Below the pieces are notes generated by a model. It saw nothing but the letters and a program-made list of their open reading frames with translations. It was not told where the DNA came from and searched no databases. The position numbers were made by a program, and so were the translations under genes. Of a stretch of DNA of 64,000 nt, positions 60,888 through 64,000 are shown piece after piece. The stretch comes from Alphaproteobacteria bacterium (GTDB lineage Bacteria > Pseudomonadota > Alphaproteobacteria > UBA828): NCBI GenBank assembly GCA_965214705.1, contig CBDCCI010000002.1:2144001-2208000 (forward strand). Direction: 5' to 3'. Numbering within the stretch: position 1 is the stretch's first letter; each line of letters begins with the position of its first letter.

Positions 60888-61838
60888 ATGACACTTCTTA
60901 GGTACATGCCCCGCGCGGTGCGCATCATGATCGCCGGCCTTGTCACCGCCCTCCTGCTGGCGACGACCGCGCCGGCAGACGCGCACGGCATCCGCGACGA
61001 GATCCCGCGCACTGCTGTGGTCTCCGCCTTCGCGCCGGAGCTCGCGATCTTGCAGGCGGAGCTGGAGGGCGCGTCGGCGCAATCGGTCAACGGGGTCGCC
61101 TTCACCACCGGCACCCTGGAGGGGCGCGACGTGGTGCTCTTCCTGAGCGGGATCAGCGTGGTCAACGCGGCCATGACGGTGCAGCTGGCGCTGGACCATT
61201 TCGCCATCGAGCGCATCGTGTTCTCGGGCATCGCCGGCGGCGTGGATCCCGGACTCAACATCGGCGATGTCGTGATCGCGGACCGCTGGGGGCAATACCT
61301 GGAAATGCTCTTCGCCCGCGAGGTGGACGGCGGCTGGATGACGATGCCGTTCTTCGAGTACCCCTACGCGAACTTCGGCATGATGTTCCCGCGCTCGGTC
61401 ACCGTGCTCCGCCCCGGTGCCGAGGCGCCCGAGACCCGCTTCTGGTTCCCGGTGGATGAGGCGTTGCTCGCCAGCGCCGGCAGCGCGGCGAACGACGTGA
61501 CGCTCGCCCACTGCACGGCCGAGGACCGCTGCCTGGACCAGGCGCCCCGGATTGTCGTCGGCGGCTCCGGGGTCTCGGGCGGCGCCTTCATCGACAACGC
61601 GGCCTTCCGCACCTGGGCCTTCGAGACCTTCGGCGCGCGCGTGCTGGACATGGAGAGTGCGGCCGTCGCCCACGTCGCCTACGCCAACGACGTGCCCTTT
61701 ATCGCCGTTCGCAGCCTCGCGGACCTTGCCGGCGGCGGCGAAGGCGCGAACCAGATGGAGGTTTTTCTGGGCCTCGCGGCCGGCAACGCGGCGGCGGTGG
61801 TCAAGGCGCTGCTGCGGGCGATGCCGGGCGAGAACTGA
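60888..61838 (+). CDS. Secreted MTA/SAH nucleosidase-like protein (PNP/UDP phosphorylase fold)
   Basis: Signal peptide, SAFAPE, SGISVVNAA, FSGIAGG, DMESAAVAHVA, RSLADLAGG. Confidence 0.88.
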   Translation: MTLLRYMPRAVRIMIAGLVTALLLATTAPADAHGIRDEIPRTAVVSAFAPELAILQAELEGASAQSVNGVAFTTGTLEGRDVVLFLSGISVVNAAMTVQLALDHFAIERIVFSGIAGGVDPGLNIGDVVIADRWGQYLEMLFAREVDGGWMTMPFFEYPYANFGMMFPRSVTVLRPGAEAPETRFWFPVDEALLASAGSAANDVTLAHCTAEDRCLDQAPRIVVGGSGVSGGAFIDNAAFRTWAFETFGARVLDMESAAVAHVAYANDVPFIAVRSLADLAGGGEGANQMEVFLGLAAGNAAAVVKALLRAMPGEN

Positions 61839-61871
61839 CCGTGCCAGTGCTTGCGCAGTCCCCTCCCCCGC

Positions 61872-62501
61872 TCAGGTGACGAACGGAATCAGCACCATGA
61901 TGCCGAGGGTAAGGACGGCGAGCCCGATCGCGGCAACCGCGCCGTAGCGGTGCTCGAGGATGCGCCGAGCCTTGGGTCCCAGATACCAGAGTATCGCCGC
62001 CTCCACATAGAAGCGCATGCCTCTGGCGACGAGCGACGCCGCGATGAAGGCGCCCACGTTGAGATTAGCGGCGCCGCTCGCGACGGCGACCAGCTTGTAA
62101 GGTAGCGGCGTCAGCGCACCGGCGGCGACGAACCAGGCGCCCCACTTGTCGCGATACTCGTAGAAGGTCTCGAGGTCGCCGGCGTGGCCGGAGATTGCGA
62201 GAAGTGGCTCGCCCAGCCAGTCGTAGAGAAAGTAGCCGATCAGGTAGCCGGTGAGGCCGCCGCCGACCGACGAGACCGTGGCGATGCCGGCGAAGAGCCA
62301 CGCCTTCGCGCGCTTCGCCAGCACCATGGGGATGAGCAGCAGGTCCGGCGGCACCGGCAGGAACAGACTCTGCAGGTAGCAGAGGCCCGCCAGCACCCAG
62401 ACGGCGCGGCGCGTGCCGGCGCTCTCGATCGCCCAGTCGTAGAGCCGGCGGAGGAGATGGCGCTGCCCTCTCGCCGCAGGCGTGGCGCTGTCGTCGGTCA
62501 T
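61872..62501 (-). CDS. YqaA/DedA family membrane protein
   Basis: LYDW, FLPVPPD, SVGGG..GY.IG, LTPLPYK, ARGMRF. Confidence 0.88.
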   Translation of the reverse strand: MTDDSATPAARGQRHLLRRLYDWAIESAGTRRAVWVLAGLCYLQSLFLPVPPDLLLIPMVLAKRAKAWLFAGIATVSSVGGGLTGYLIGYFLYDWLGEPLLAISGHAGDLETFYEYRDKWGAWFVAAGALTPLPYKLVAVASGAANLNVGAFIAASLVARGMRFYVEAAILWYLGPKARRILEHRYGAVAAIGLAVLTLGIMVLIPFVT

Positions 62502-62562
62502 GTCGGATACGTGTGAACGGCCCCGGAGCTGCGGCCCGCGCGCGGATGGTGGGAGCCGGAGT

Positions 62563-63870
62563 CTACCCCCTAAAGAGCTTGCGGTCTTTGCGCTTGTTCC
62601 ACGCCACCGCGAGCGGCAGGAACCAGGGGCGGCCGGTGTAGAACGGCCAGGTCGGGAAGGGCCGGCCGTCGAAGGGGCTCGCGGCCTCGGGGTCGCCCAG
62701 CACCCGGAGCGCCGTCTTGTGGCCGAGGTAGGTGCCCATGGGCACGCCGGAGCCGCACCAGCCCATGGCGTACTCGACGCCGTCGTGGCTCCCGGTGTGC
62801 GGCATCATGTCGAAGGTGAAGGCGGTCTTGCCGGTCCAGCAATGGCTGATCTTCACGCCTTCCAGTGAGGGGACGACTTGCACCATGGCATCGCGCAGGA
62901 TGCGGGCCTTCTGCGCGAGGTCAGCGGGCGGCTCGGCGCTGAGGCCGCCGAAGAGGATGCGCGTGCCGTCCTCGTTGGGCCTGATCCAGCAGGGCGAGTA
63001 GCGGTGCTCGACCATCGGCTTGCCGCCCGGCGCGATGTGCTCCACCCGATCCTCGGGCAAGGGCTCGGTCGCAATCATGAAGGCGTCGACCGGCACCACA
63101 CGGCGGCGCAGCCATTGGGCGGCCTTGGGCGTGTAGCCGTTGGTCGCGACGATCACGTGTCCGGCCTTCACTGCGCCGCGCGACGTCGACACGCGGAAGC
63201 CGCTGCCTGAGCGCTCGATCGCCTGCACCGGACAGTGGCCGATGATGCGCGCGCCGTCTCGCGCCGCCCGCTCCAGCAGGCCCGCGTGGTAGAGGCCCGC
63301 GTGGATCGTGCCGTTGCCGCGCAGGATCTGGCCGCCGTAATAGTGTCCTTTTCTGTAGGCCGGCGGTGCCTCGTCGGGCTCGACCATCTCCGCGTCCACC
63401 GGCACGCCGTCCTCTCGCATCATGGCGAGGTCCCGCGCGAGCCCGTCGAACACGCGCTTGGAGGGCGCCGCGATGAAGCGGCCGGTGTTGCGGTAGAAGC
63501 AGGCGATCTGCTCGGTTTCGATCAGGGAAGCTGCGTAGTCATGGGCCGCGATCGCCGCACGGCAGACCTCCGCCGCCCGCTCGCGCCCGAGCTTCGGCAC
63601 CATGTCGCCGTACTTGTGCCAGACCTGGCGACCGAGGTAGCCGGCGTTGCGGGTGCTGGCGCCGTGGCCTGCGGCCTCGGCGTCGAGCACCACCGCGTCC
63701 GTGCCCCGGCGCGCGAGCGTGAGCGCTGCGGAAAGCCCCACGTTGCCCGCGCCCACGATCACGACTTCGGCCTCGACCGGCGGCGCCTCGTCGGTGATGT
63801 CCGGCCGCGGCGCGAGGTCCCACCAATAAGGCATGGCCTTGAAGTCGTCGGTCAGCACTTCCCGCGCCAT
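62563..63870 (-). CDS. FAD-dependent oxidoreductase (DAO / PuuB-like)
   Basis: IVGAGNVGLSAA, GASTRNAG, VIVATNGY, HCWTG..AFTFD..PH, GWCGSGV. Confidence 0.9.
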   Translation of the reverse strand: MAREVLTDDFKAMPYWWDLAPRPDITDEAPPVEAEVVIVGAGNVGLSAALTLARRGTDAVVLDAEAAGHGASTRNAGYLGRQVWHKYGDMVPKLGRERAAEVCRAAIAAHDYAASLIETEQIACFYRNTGRFIAAPSKRVFDGLARDLAMMREDGVPVDAEMVEPDEAPPAYRKGHYYGGQILRGNGTIHAGLYHAGLLERAARDGARIIGHCPVQAIERSGSGFRVSTSRGAVKAGHVIVATNGYTPKAAQWLRRRVVPVDAFMIATEPLPEDRVEHIAPGGKPMVEHRYSPCWIRPNEDGTRILFGGLSAEPPADLAQKARILRDAMVQVVPSLEGVKISHCWTGKTAFTFDMMPHTGSHDGVEYAMGWCGSGVPMGTYLGHKTALRVLGDPEAASPFDGRPFPTWPFYTGRPWFLPLAVAWNKRKDRKLFRG

Positions 63871-64000
63871 CGCACCCTCCGGGACTCGACGCGCGCCAAG
63901 GTAACGCAGCCGGAGCATCCAAGACTAGGCCGATGAAGAAAGCCGCCTGCCCCACCACCCCGCCCGGAGCGGCAACTGTCATGCCATTACCCTATCTGTA

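Overview
GC-rich bacterial chromosome segment; gene content and order (rph-rdgB-hemW, rlmN-ialB, pstS/phoB, COQ9-def) point to an Alphaproteobacterium. 1-7.2 kb is a MarR-associated catabolic cluster (HpaD-like ring-cleavage dioxygenase, P450, glutamine synthetase-like ligase, aldehyde dehydrogenase, FAH-family and MppR/Adc-like enzymes, RidA). 7-40.7 kb holds metabolic and housekeeping genes (Mo-enzyme, modABC, pstS-phoB, DMFase-like, Mct-like CoA transferase, RND pump, argE, a phased DnaA-box array, FadB-like, rlmN, def, hemW, rdgB, rph, fused hydantoinase). The most striking structure is an 11-kb nested mobile element (41423-52482, flanked by the direct repeat ATGTT). It is a 2.5-kb IS with an unclassified 796-aa transposase, and BOTH of its terminal inverted repeats have been invaded by the same group II intron, whose EBS1/EBS2 are complementary to the IS end; the left insertion splits the transposase stop codon TG|A. 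The left intron copy carries a second group II intron (twintron). The right copy is interrupted by a tyrosine recombinase + IS91-type Y2 transposase element. Further right, two mosaic IS1634-family copies hit a 5'-nucleotidase/nucleosidase locus. All protein calls come from reading motifs by eye; no searches were run.
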